The notes beneath the pieces were generated by a model. That model saw only the letters and a list, made by a program, of their open reading frames with translations. It searched no databases and was not told the DNA's origin. DNA of 64,000 nt, from assembly GCA_002269645.1 (NCBI GenBank), contig NIVC01003033.1, forward strand, positions 59,773-123,772, read 5' to 3'. Both the position numbers and the translations under genes were made by a program. Positions within the stretch are counted from its first letter, which is position 1. Each line of letters opens with the position of its first letter. Below, piece by piece: positions 12,866-25,304 of the stretch. The DNA comes from Macrostomum lignano (lineage: Eukaryota).

Positions 12866-13440
12866 CTAATCTAGACACCTTCTCACTAATTTTAGGCCGG
12901 AAACCTGAGCTCAGGTGCAATTCCCTGCATAGCAACACATTTCATTGCGGAGGTCAATAGGTTTTCGCTGGTTCATCTCGCTTACAATTGAGAAGTTTTT
13001 TGACAATTAAACTCTTTTCTAATATGAAGGATAACGAAGCCGCGCGAAGAAGGGTGCTTGAATGTGTCAGCTGTCTCATACATCCCAGTTAGCAAGCCCA
13101 ATCATTCAGCTCCACTGCTCGTTAAAGAAGCACAGAAACCAAAATTGAAGCGCGCCCAGTGATAACCGACGACCTTTTCCATTGATTTTCAACTATCCCA
13201 AGCCAGTTGAGTTTATTGATTGTGAATCCTTTTATTTGGTAGAGCGGGTGAACCCGATGGTTTGTGCCACCGGGTTCGTGTCATGGTCTGACTGATTGAC
13301 AGCTTGAAGGTCGACGAGTTGCGTTGAGGAAGGGGTGTGTTGGGAGCCAGGGTGAAGCTCAAGGATTGAGGTTGTGGGTTCATGCTGGAGCAGTGCTAAC
13401 CTTCTTGGGTAGCAGGGGTAACGTTTTTTTTTCTAGGAAA

Positions 13441-14401
13441 CGGAGGCAGCGGAGGGGAGCGGAGGGGAGCGGAGGGGAGCGGAGAGACTGGAGGGGAGTG
13501 GAGGGGAGAGGAGGGGAGCGGAGGGGAGCGGAGAGACTGGAGGGGAGCGGAGAGACTAGAGGGGAGCGGAGAGACTGGAGGGGAGCGGAGAGACTGGAGG
13601 GGAGCGGAGGGGAGCGGAGAGACTGGAGGGGAGCGGAGAGGCTGGAGGGGAGCGGAGAGACTGGAGGGGAGCGGAGAGGCTGGAGGGGAGCGGAGAGACT
13701 GGAGGGGAGCGGAGGGGAGCGGAGGGGAGCGGAGGGAGCGGAGGGGAGCGGAGGCGGAGGGGAGCGGAGGGGAGCGGAGGGGAGGGAGGGGAGCGGAGGG
13801 GAGCGGAGACGCTGGAGGGGAGCAGAGGAGAGCGGAGGGGAGCGGAGAGACTGGAGGGGAGCGGAGAGGAGCGGAGAGACTGGAGATGAGCGGAGGGGAG
13901 CGGAGAGGAGCGGAGAGACTGGAGATGAGCGGAGGGGAGCGGAGAGACTGGAGGGGAGCGGAGGGGAGCGGAGAGACTGGAGGGGAGCGGAGGGGAGCGG
14001 AGGGACTGGAGGGGAGTGGAGGGAAGCGGAGAGGCTGGAGGGGAGCGGAGAGGCTGGAGGGGAGCGGAGGGACTGGAGGGGAGTGGAGGGAAGCGGAGAG
14101 GCTGGAGGGGAGCGGAGGGGAGCGGAGGGACTGGAGGGGAGTGGAGGGAAGCGGAGAGGCTGGAGGGAAGCGGAGAGGCTGGAGGGGAGCGGAGAGGCTG
14201 GAGGGGAGGGAGGGAAGCGGAGAGGCGGAGGGAGAGAGGGGAGGGAGCGGAGGAGGGGAGCGGAGAGGCTCGAGGGAGAGGAGGGGAGCGGAGGGGAGCG
14301 GAGGGGAGCGGAGAGCTGGAGGGGAGCGGAGGGAGCGGAGGGGAGCGGAGAGGCTCGAGGGGAGCGGAGGAGCGAGCGGAGGAGAGCGGAGAGAAGCGGA
14401 G
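13441..14401 (+). repeat. G/A-rich ~10-bp-subunit minisatellite (GGAGGGGAGC / GGAGAGACT), left arm of an inverted pair
   Basis: Direct reading. Confidence 0.92.
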
Positions 14402-14868
14402 GTGGGCTATTTCCACATTGTCTTATTTTTAAGATCTAAGATCATAGATCCGAAAACTCAACTTTTCAAAGCTTACTCCCACTGCTTTCATTTTTCCAAG
14501 AAGCGAGACAGTCACTGGCAAACAAGGGGAAAAAGCAAACAGATCCTGTGCCGGATCGTCCAGGTGTCCGGAGTTGTCCTTGTCTCGAACAAGGCAAGGC
14601 AAACTGCTCGTCCACTTTGGGATCGGATTTCATTGGCAGCAGAATGCAGGGAGATGGAGTGCGACTTTTCTACTACTTTATTTATCAGATGCGTTGGTTC
14701 GATTCCTGTCACAGATATTTCAATCACTGTGCTCATGCAGATCGAGTTCTCAGTTTCTCTTGGCCCTCTGCATCTGCTTCTCAATTTCTACTTCCCTCAA
14801 TATTTCTGTCGCATCAGCAATGGCTCGGCATCTCAGCACTCGCTGCATCTCTCCCTTCAACCTTCTCT

Positions 14869-15510
14869 CCGTTGTCCTCCGCTCCCCTCCGCTCCCCTCC
14901 TCTCCCCTCCAGCCTCTCCACTGTCCTCCGCTGTCCTCCACTCCCCTCCGCTCCCCTCCGCTCCCCTCCAGCCTCTCCGCTCCCCTCCGCTCCCCTCCTC
15001 TCCCCTCCGCTCCCCTCCTCTCCCCTCCTCTCCCCTCCGCTCCCCTCCGCTCCCCTCCTCTCCCCTCCGCTCCCCTCCGCTCCCCTCCTCTCCCCTCCGC
15101 TCCCCTCCTCTCCCCTCCTCTCCCCTCCGCTCCCCTCCGCTCCCCTCCTCTCCCCTCCGCTCCCTCCGCTCCCCTCCTCTCCCCTCCGCTCCCCTCCACT
15201 CCCCTCCTCTCCCCTCCGCTCCCCTCCGCTCCCCTCCTCTCCCCTCCGCTCCCCTCCACTCCCCTCCTCTCCCCTCCGCTCCCCTCCAGCCTCTCCGCTC
15301 CCCTCCGCTCCCCTCCTCTCCCCTCCGCTCCCCTCCGCTCCTCTCCTCTCCCCTCCGCTCCCCTCCGCTCCCCTCCTCTCCCCTCCGCTCCCTTCCAGCC
15401 TCTCCGCTCCCCTCCGCTCCCTCCAGCCTCTCCGCTCCCCTCCGCTCCGCTCCAGCGTCTCCGCTGTCCTCCGCTGTCCTCCACTCCCCTCCGCTCCCCT
15501 CCAGTCTCTT
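14869..15510 (-). repeat. C/T-rich minisatellite (GCTCCCCTCC), reverse complement of 13441-14401, right arm
   Basis: Reverse complement of the left-arm unit, including the rare variant GGAGACGCTGG / CCAGCGTCTCC. Confidence 0.9.
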
Positions 15511-16221
15511 CTCTCCCGCACCGCATCCATGGCCCTATTAACACTATTCGCCACGGTCCTCTGTTTCATTGAGCACAAAGAGTGTTTTACCAAACTGAAA
15601 CATTCAGAAAGCAGGAACAGAGACAGTCTTCCATTAGGAAAAATATTTTAATTATGAAAATTGAATTACAGGGGAATTGATAAGCAAAACAGCCCAGCCA
15701 AGGATACGTGACAGCAATTAGAGCAAAAAACAATGAAGCAAAATGGATGGCTGAATTCTCACCTACCATTTGGAGCTCATCAAACAAGCTGGCCTCGTTA
15801 AATAACCTGCCAAACTGACTGACTGACGGGCGCCCGCATCTCAGGGCATTTTTATGTTACGAGTTAATTAAAAATTTATAGAAACAAATCAGTCTGGATT
15901 AACCATGCAGTTCGAATTTGTTAGAATGGCTTCAATGACTCACAGGGAAATGCTCAGGAGAACAACGGGGACAAAAGTGCTCTGTCTGCCTGTCTGCTCA
16001 AGAGTCAATATAGGAGGACTGTGCAAACACAAGTCAGTTAGTTGACTCGGCTATACAAAGCCTAGCTATAGAGATTGTGAGCGAAATTGAAGCCAACTTT
16101 AATAACGATTTTCTAAGCTCAAACCATGAAGTCCGCGCGCACTGGGTCAGTGTCAGGTCAATTCCCAATCTGTACTATTTTATTGAGTTACCGAAGTGGA
16201 AGATGCTTTGTTCTCATTAAC

Positions 16222-16880
16222 AAAATGGCGCCTTCACCGACACTAAAAATGTCGCCTTCATCGACATCCTAAAATGGCGCCTTCGACTTCACCGACACTA
16301 AAAATGGCGCCTTTATCGACACTAAAAACGGCGCCATCATCGACAATCAAAACGGCGCCTTCATCAACACTAAAAACGGCGCCATCATCGACAATAAAAA
16401 TGGCGCCTTTATCGACACTAAAAACGGCGCCATCGTCGACACTAAAAACGGCGCCTTCATCGACACTAGAAAATGGCGCCTTCATCGACATCCTAAAATG
16501 GCGCCTTCGACTTCACCGACACTAAAAATGGCGCCTTTATCGACACTAAAAACGGCGCCATCATCGACAATCAAAACGGCGCCTTCATCAACACTAAAAA
16601 CGGCGCCATCATCGACAATAAAAATGGCGCCTTTATCGACACTAAAAACGGCGCCATCGTCGACACTAAAAACGGCGCCTTCATCGACACTAGAAAATGG
16701 CGCCTTCATCGACACTTAAAAACAGCGCCATCATCGACACTAAAAACGGCGCCATCGTCGACACTAAAAACGGCGCCATCATCGACACTAAAAACGGCGC
16801 CTTCATCGACACTAGAAAATGGCGCCTTCATCGACACTAAAAAACAGCGCCATCATCGACACTAAAAATGACGTCTTCAT
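16222..16880. repeat. 22-23-bp minisatellite (AAAATGGCGCCTTCATCGACACT) with a 224-bp higher-order duplication
   Basis: Direct reading; identical ORF translations offset by 224 nt (16258 vs 16482). Confidence 0.93.
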
Positions 16881-17384
16881 CGAACTTATATCCCAGAATC
16901 CCAAATCCCAAATCTCAAATCATTTAATTTAGTTTTTTTATATCCTTTCTTCAAGTTCCCAAAGAGCTGCCTGAACGATTACAGTGTATGTGCCTGAAAT
17001 TTTTTACCAGGGGAAAAATCTGCAAGACTGTAACAACAAGAAAAAAATGAAAAGTCTGAAGTCACATTGCAAGCAGTTGCTACATGTAGATAGGAACAGA
17101 ACAATTTGTTAATCGGTGGGATGTAGTGGACCAAACAAGACCTTAAACAAGCTGAAGAACTGACTGACTGCCTGCCTGACTTGGCTTCCGACTGGGTGGC
17201 TGCATGACAGACAGAATAAGATGGCTAAGCATCTGCCGCAGTCCTGTCAAGCTCTGTCTCGATGCAGCCGAAACACACGTGGACTTCTTTCAGACTTTTA
17301 ATATGCAGTGAAAATGCTTCGAATTGTAACAATGAATCAGTCTTGAACTGAAGCAAGCCTGGATCCGAATGTCAAAATGATCAA

Positions 17385-17953
17385 ATGAATGACCGAATGA
17401 ATGACCAGTCAGAATGACCGAATGAATGACCAGTCAGAATGACCAGTCAGAATGACCGAATGAATGACCAGTCAGAATGACCGAATGAATGACCAGTCAG
17501 TATGACCGAATGAATGACCAGTCAGAATGACCGAATGAATGACCAGTCAGAATGACCGAATGAATGACCAGTCAGAATGACCGAATGAATGACCAGTCAG
17601 AATGACCGAATGAATGACCAGTCAGAGTGACCGAATGAATGACCAGTCAGAATGACCGAATGAATGACCAGTCAGAATGACCGAATGAATGACCAGTCAG
17701 AATGACCGAATGAATGACCAGTCAGAATGACCGAATGAATGACCAGTCAGAATGACCGAATGAATGACCAGTCAGAATGACCGAATGAATGACCAGTCAG
17801 AATGACCGAATGAATGACCAGTCAGAATGACCGAATGAATGACCAGTCAGAATGACCGAATGAATGACCAGTCAGAATGACCGAATGAATGACCAGTCAG
17901 AATGACCGAATGAATGACCAATCAGAATGACCGAATGAATGACCAGTCAGAAT
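17385..17953 (+). repeat. 25-bp minisatellite (GAATGACCGAATGAATGACCAGTCA), ~22 copies
   Basis: Direct reading; same unit inverted at 26846-27345. Confidence 0.95.
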
Positions 17954-19203
17954 GGAAATCGGGGAGTTTTTATTAACTAGAATCGTCTATGGCAAACGCG
18001 CATTCAGCTTAGAGAAATCCCGGCAAAACGCATTTGCTTCATTTGGAATTGGGAAGTCCATAAGGTGAAGCAGTCCACTCTTAATACCGTCATAGCTATC
18101 GGCATCCGCTGAGACACCGCCGGTTTGTGCTGTCGCTAAAATCAGATTGGCGGATCTGGAAGCAGGGGACTTGCTGTGAAAGCGGGCGAACTAAAAGTGG
18201 TGAAGCGGTGAATAAACTGGGCTTAACCTCAAGCGAAAGCCAAAAAGGTAAAGAAGCAGAGCGGAGCTGAAGCAGATTTGAAAGCCTGATTTGCCGCGCA
18301 ACAGCGGGAGGTCGAGGCCAAGAGTTTGGCAAAGGAAAAATTAGAAGCAGCAGGAGAGACGATTGGAAAAGCTTTCTAAAGGAATTATCTATCGCTGCTG
18401 CTGCCTCTCGAGCCAGAAGCCAGTCAAGTAGAAGGGCAGAGAGAGAGAGTGAAATGGCAGGCGAAGGCGCCCGGGCCATCAGCGGAGCAGATCGAGCAGG
18501 AGTTCAGAGACAGAGGGTGCGTGTCAGTCAAACCCCGGCCCTGCATCTTGACGACATGTAGGTGGCGGCGCTGGGGTGAAAGAAAATGAAAGACAGTTGC
18601 AGACTGAATTGAGAGGGGATGCAGGCTTAGGTGAAATTGGCAAGATTCAGGATGACGGGGGGAAATCAGGTGACACGGAGTCTGGGGGCCCAGGCTTTGG
18701 CATGCGTTTGGCGACACAGCGGGGAGGCGGCCGCGCAGGGAGGGGAGCAGAGAACAGCGTCTCCATGCTGGGGTTGGTCAGCACCTGTTGTCAGTCAGCG
18801 CTTCATCAACAGGGAAGCTGGGGAGTCTGTGGAGTCTGGGACTGAATGGACAACACAAAAACTGGAGAAACTTGCCAGCCAAGCCAGAGCTTGTCACCGA
18901 GCTTGTATGTATATTTACACTTCCTGTCGCCCGAGACCTTCAACAATTACCAAAGTCGCAGCCGCTCCGCAGCCCCCTGGGGTGCGAGAATTTCCCCGCT
19001 TTTTCAAATTTTTCCCCGAGGCTGTCGAAGCGCTGGAATTGGAAGCTTTCCCCGGTCGCGATCGGCCTGCGAGATAAAGAAGACGGACAGAAGCGGAGGA
19101 GGACGCGCAGACGGGACTGCCGATGGTGGAAGCGAACTCGAAATTATGAGGAACTGTTGAACAGATCCATAGAGAGTGAACAGGCTGAGGCCTGGCACAG
19201 AAA

Positions 19204-19498
<295 letters not shown>

Positions 19499-20819
19499 CA
19501 GTGTTGAAGCAATTCATTTCCTAGAAACGTGGACTTAAACCGATGCCGATAGTTTCCAGGAAAGCGAAGAAAGCGTGTAAGCAGACTCGGCGATCTGCAC
19601 GGACAAGCAAATAAGGCTTAATCATCTCCCACTCTGAAGTTTGAAAATACGGACAGAAACACAGCACGAGTGGGGAGGCAGCAGGGCCCCTCTCCACATA
19701 GCGATGGTGTTTCCAACAAACGCTGGTCCATCCCCAACCGGCCAAGGTTTCGGGGCGCTGCCAAATACGCGAGAGGAGAAGCGAGGAGCCGGCACCGCGG
19801 CATGAGCGCGCGCCCGCAGAGTCTGGAGAGGGGACCCCCAGCCGAGCTGCGCACCCCAATTAGCGGAGAAGCGCCGCGGGGGGCGCTCGAAGCAACCCAC
19901 ACCTCCGGGGAGTCCCTCTCCCCATTCGTGTTCCCCTTTCTCCCTCTCTTTCGCGGCAAAGCTAAGTAGGAAAAATATCACAGAGGATGGGCTTGGGGTG
20001 GCCTGGTGCGGGGCCCACTTAAAGTCAGCTGGGGGCTCGAGCCCAATACTATAATATAGGCTTTTCGCACACATGCTGGGAGCTCTTCCCAAGGGGGGGA
20101 AGCGAACGTTAAGAAATCCTCAATTGCCGCTCTCGCTCTCTTTCCTTTCCCTTTTTATCCCCTTTACCCCTGAAAACAGAGCCGAAAAATCTGGCTGGGG
20201 GATCGAGTCAGCCAGTCTTGGGTAGGTAGAGGGGGGACCGGAGCCTTTGCGAGCACCTTCAGCAACTGGACCTGTCAATCAAGCTAAAGCCCAGGAGAGC
20301 CGGGGAGGGTCTGGGAACACACACAGCAGCGATGGGAGAATTCGGGATGCGGAACACGGAAAAGGGGAGAACTATAGGAAGAGGAAAAATCTTGGGAGGG
20401 GAGGCTTAAGGCTGGATTATATTAAGCAACGTGGAGGATTAGCAGGGGCTGCTGGCTCACAGCGAGTCGGGCCAAGGCGCACGTCGAAATCAAAGTCAAG
20501 CATCAGGGAGGCGGGTGGAGCAGAGGGGAAGGCGAGATGGAGAAAAAAATGCGTTAGAGGCCTGGGGGGCGCACACCAGAGATTGCGCTTGGAGATCGGG
20601 ATTCTGGCGATGCCGACTACCTGATGCAGAGCCTCTGCCGGCCCCCCGCTGAGAGGCGGGCCATCCCCTCGCCGCCGCGCAGCCTGTGGGCAGAACAACA
20701 AATCGGCAGCCAGGTGCCGCTTCAAGAGCTGGCAGCGGCAGCCAATTTCAGCAATTTTACACGCAATCGAGAAAAAACTTTTCCGGGGGGGGGGAGGGGA
20801 GTTGGCGGTGCCTCGTCGG

Positions 20820-20940
20820 GTTCCACTTAAGCCGCTGATTAATTTCTGCGCCCCCCGGAATTTCCCCAATCTTGACGTGTTTACACGCTGACAAACAGCA
20901 TTGATTGCCCCGCCAAACCAGCACCTGATTGCCAGGTGAA
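20820..20940. promoter_or_regulatory. Candidate enhancer-like cluster of TF motifs
   Basis: CACTTAA, TGATTAAT, GGAATTTCCC, TGTTTAC, TGACA, 2x TGATTG and paired CACCTG/CAGGTG within 120 bp of non-repetitive intergenic DNA; motif match only. Confidence 0.25.
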
Positions 20941-21237
20941 GCGCAAATGTGAGAAAAGAGCAGTTTTGTTTATCTATATTCACTCGTGAGCGATAGTGAA
21001 TCACTCTATATAAATAGTTCATTCTCGCTAATTGGTGCTCTTGCTAAGGAAGACGTCCTGCGCTGAGAAGATTCGAATATCAGGTGAATAAGGACGCAAA
21101 CACACAGCTCGAAATATTATCCAATAATTACAGTAGCTTTCGAAGGATGAAAACAGATGAGAATTTGAGATAAAAGAGACATGCTACTATTTACAACTTT
21201 TTGAAGGCCGAAATTGTCTTTGTGAAGATTAAAGTTT

Positions 21238-21602
21238 TTTTCTTTTTGAAGGCTCAAACTTTCTTTGCGATGACTCAAGGTTCTTTTTGAAGGCTCAAAC
21301 TTTCTTTGCGATGACTCAAGGTTCTTTTTGAAGGCTCAAACTTTCTTTGTGATGACTAAAGGTTCCTTTTGAAGGCTCAAACTTTCTTTGCGATGACTCA
21401 AGGTTCTTTTTGAAGGCTCAAACTTTCTTTGCGATGACTCAAGGTTCTTTTTGAAGGCTCAAACTTTCTTTGCGATGACTCAAGGTTCCTTTTGAAGGCT
21501 CAAACTTTCTTTGTGATGACTCAAGGTTCTTTTTGAAGGCTCAAACTTTCTTTGCGATGACTCAAGGTTCTTTTTGAAGGCTCAAACTTTCTTTTTGAAG
21601 GC
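21238..21602. repeat. 41-bp minisatellite (TTCTTTTTGAAGGCTCAAACTTTCTTTGCGATGACTCAAGG), ~9 copies
   Basis: Direct reading. Confidence 0.93.
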
Positions 21603-21903
21603 CTAGTGGTTGTAGCCTAGCGGTTAGAGCGTCGGACTCACGACTTGACGGTCGGGGTTCGATTCCCGATCCCACTGGAACAATCTGTGTCCTTGAGCAA
21701 GATACTTAACTCTGCATTGCTTCAGCTGTAAAATGGGTGCCAGCATTAGCTGGGGTAATTGAGGCTGTGTGTGGCGACCCCCCAGTCCTTGGACTGAACA
21801 GCCGTACGCAGCCTTCAGATGGGCCGCGCAATAGCTGCGGCTGAGCTGTCGGTTGCACATCTGGCCATTAGGGCAGGTGTAATCAATTATTATTATATGA
21901 TTA
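21603..21903 (+). mobile_element. tRNA-derived CORE-type SINE, full length
   Basis: A box TAGCCTAGCGG (21613-21623); B box GGTTCGATTCC (21656-21666); CORE-like TGTGTCCTTGAGCAAGATACTTAAC...CTGTAAAATGGG; (ATT)n tail; 10-bp TSD TTTTGAAGGC (21593-21602 and 21904-21913). Confidence 0.85.
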
Positions 21904-22917
21904 TTTTGAAGGCTCACTAGGAACTCATGAACTGCTAGCAAGCAAGGCTGCATAGAAGTTTCCTCTGCTCCTGTCCCAGACAGCCGTTTTTTAAGCGTGG
22001 CCGCTCGCCACCAAATACCTTTTGCAATACTATTTTTCTCGACAAACCTGTGAGAGCAGATCTCTTCTCTTGGAAAACCGGCCTCTTTCTGCTTCAGCTG
22101 TTTAGACAGGCGGTAATTCTAGTTCTTGAAAATGAAATCAGACCATTTAACAGTTCTTATTAGGCTTGCAAGAAGCACAAATCAAGCAAGAAATCAAAAA
22201 GTTAAAAAGTCCCGCTGGCCCCTTGACAAGTGGAAAGCCAACAAGATCAAACTTGAAGATAGAAAGGAGTGATTGACACTCCGGGCCCGCTAGACATCTG
22301 GCAAGTGGGATTATAGCATCGACTGCGAGTGAAGAAGGAGAGGATTAAAAACAGGCTTAATACGCTTTTAAGCCGCGCTCAAAGCGCAGACGAGAAAGAA
22401 GCCACTTAAAATACTTTGGCGCCGGCCCGCCAGGCATGCAGGGCTTCCGCTTCCATTTCTAATCTTCTAAAAGAAGAAGCTTTTGAAGCGGACACGCCGA
22501 AGATTCGCATCTCGCGGCCACTCAAAATTGAATGACGCAATCATCATCGGGTCTACACAGATCTCATTGAGCCTATCATCGATATGGCAGAGTAAACAAG
22601 GGGGGGGGGGCAAGCACACAATGCCGCCAGTCCTATGTTCAGAAATGCGCGCTGGAGCATTCCAGGCAGACACGAAGCTGCCGCCAACCCTCTCCTCAGC
22701 TGGCATGCTGGAGGCATGAGCTAATCATATTCACCAGCGCCTAGCAGGCCCAGGCATGCTTGAATGCTTTGTTTGACTGGGGACGGACACGAGGGCGAGA
22801 CTTATACACAGGCAGAGGAGGCAGGCGGGGAGCTGTGGCACGTTGGGACATTCGTCAGGCTGCCGCGCTGCCGGGGAACAGCTGATTATAGCCAGAGGGA
22901 CAGGTTGGCAGAAGGGC

Positions 22918-23058
22918 AGACAGGCAGACAGACAGACAGACACTAAGACAGACAGACAGAAGGACAGACAGACAGACAGACACTAAGACAGACAGACAGA
23001 CAGACACACACAGACACACAGACTGACAGACAGACACAGACAGACAGACAGACAAACT

Positions 23059-23118
<60 letters not shown>

Positions 23119-23160
23119 AACCGACAGACAGACAGACAGACAGACAGACAGTGAGACAAA
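22918..23160. repeat. (CAGA)n microsatellite with CACTAA interruptions
   Basis: Direct reading. Confidence 0.9.
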
Positions 23161-24276
23161 GCAGGTAGACAGTTAAACAAGACAAACTCCCAGTCAGACG
23201 GGACACTGAGGCAAACCGACATACAAAGGTCAGAACATCTGGTGGACGCATAAAATGGAGAGAACTCTCCCACTAAGTGCCTACTAGAAGTAGAATGCAG
23301 CATATTTTGTGTGCAAAAATGAAACAAATAAAAATAGAAAATCAACGCGACCATAGCAAGATATAGTTTTGAAATACTTGAAGAATTAGAATATATATAT
23401 ACTCTCAATCGGTATATTTTGTGCTGATAGAGATAGGGATGCACATGTACATACACAGTTACATGTACTATATTAATAGGCTGTCAAAACTGAGTGAAAC
23501 GGATAACAAATTTGAATTTGCTAATTATATTAACAAACAGTTTTTGTACGTTTTTACTCCATTTTACTCGATCTCAAAAGCGGTGCAGATGCATTATGAA
23601 TGCAGATCAATTTACAATTTAGTGGGTTTTTTTCTACGAAATATAGTAAGTACACCTGCAAAAGCCACAATAGTCACTCAACAATATATAAAAAGTACAT
23701 CTAGAACTTTTAATTAAATGAATTGAAAAAAAAAATAGCTGGCGTAATACACTAGGCTTAACTAAGTATGGGAATTATTTAAGTAATTATCAGAACAGAT
23801 ATGAAAAAGAGCAAAGCAATTACATATTTTTAGAGACGGGAATGATGCAGTTGTACTATTGCAAATCGGTCAATTATGCCTGCTTGAACTCGTTTGAATC
23901 AACAAACTGGTTACACTTCAGTTGAGATTCTCAATTACTAATAGTAGCATATATATATAGTAGTTTAAAAAGCATCCATTTTTAGATTGAACTATTTTAT
24001 TTTAATTAAACCAACTAAACTTATTGATCAGAGGAGACAAACAGACAGACTAGATGCTTTAACAATACGCATATAAAAACAATACTACTAATACAGTAAT
24101 AAGCCAAGTGCAAACAGAATTATCAGAGGCGCCAATATTATAATATAAAGCGGAGACGAGAAAATACCATTGAAAAACAGATCTAATTTCCGTTTGTTTT
24201 ATGCAATAAAATTTAATAGTACGAGTAATAACAATAACGAAGAGTCTGATATGACTTTGTAGATCACAGTGATATA

Positions 24277-24863
24277 CTAGAATAACTGGATCTGCGGAAT
24301 TCAAACTGGTGAATATCATTGAAAACTAAATAATTCCTTCTACATTACAAATTAGGCAACAATACGCTAATTTTGCTACTGAACAAACAGTAGATGAGCG
24401 CATTTTGTTTTATTTTGCGAGTAACACAAATCTGTAGTTATTCTAGTAGATGGGCCACTCAGCACATTTGCGTGTAAGCTACTTTCAGTTCAGTAGTAAG
24501 TTAAACCGAAGCATTTTAATGTATTTTTAAAGCCAAGGCTCATTTATTGACTTTTACCCACCAGCCTCAGCCCTCCAACCGCGCCTTTCCACACTACCCC
24601 CCGCCCGCCCCAATTTTTATTGTCTTTCTCGGAATTCCAGCCTAAAGCTGCCATGTACATTTCAGTGGACTGGCTAATGTACATCATGGCTGGACCAATT
24701 AGCAAGTTGTTTGAGACTGCAAGCTTGGGCTTCTAAACTTATCAAAGTCATTTCAGCTGCCTTTTTATAAAATAGCTTACGTATTCTTCTTTGCTACTGA
24801 ACTGAAAGTAGAAAGCTGTTTTACTAAGCATATATGCCTGAGTGGCCCATCTAGTTATTTTAG
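24277..24863. mobile_element. MITE-like element with imperfect long TIRs (CTAGAATAACT...GATGGGCCACTCAG), TA-flanked, with ~170 bp extra at the left end
   Basis: TIR pair ATGGGCCACTCAG..CTACTTTCAGTTCAGTAG / CTACTGAACTGAAAGTAG..CTGAGTGGCCCAT; TA at 24275-76 and 24864-65; body near-identical to 31000-31434. Confidence 0.75.
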
Positions 24864-25152
24864 TATCTGTGGGGTAGATGTACTCGGACAATAATAATCA
24901 ATAATTACACAAGGCTTAGGCATTGAGCTGCTGAACAGTTCTAATATCGAGGCTGCATCATAGCATTTTCCAGGTTCAAGGGATATTCAATTAAGTGATT
25001 GAAGACTTGCTGCTCAATGTGTTTCACTGAAATTAAAGTAACAATACGTGCTGTGGAAATTCTCAAATTGTTGACTGTTCCACAGACCCCCGTCTAGGCA
25101 ATAGCTTGACTCTCCCACCAAAGGCTCAATTAGCTTGGAAAACGCTATAACA

Positions 25153-25297
25153 GTGCCAGCATTAGCTGGGGTAATTGAAGGTGTGTGTGGCGACCCCCCC
25201 CCCACCCCCAGTCCTTCAAGTGAACAGCCGTACGCAGCCTTCAGTTGCTGAGCTGTCGGTTGCACACCTATCTGTCTTTAAGGACAGGTGTAATCAA
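25153..25297 (+). mobile_element. 5'-truncated copy of the SINE at 21603
   Basis: Shares GTGCCAGCATTAGCTGGGGTAATTGA...GAACAGCCGTACGCAGCCTTCAG...GCTGAGCTGTCGGTTGCAC...CAGGTGTAATCAA. Confidence 0.85.
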
Positions 25298-25304
25298 AGA
25301 TTTA

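Noticed and set aside
13324-15651. Long GE/RRG and PLPSS ORFs (up to 551 aa)
   Set aside because: Read-through of the inverted minisatellite arms, which lack stop codons by composition.
11194-16880. One 5.7-kb palindrome spanning both GGCGCCATTT arrays
   Set aside because: The unique segments 12870-13440 and 15510-16220 are not reverse complements; only the core motif is shared.
21603-21675. tRNA gene
   Set aside because: A and B boxes are present but the cloverleaf stems are poor, and it continues into a CORE domain and tail with a TSD, so it is a SINE head.
22467-22719. 79-aa ORFs on both strands
   Set aside because: No homology recognised and no phase-compatible neighbouring exons.
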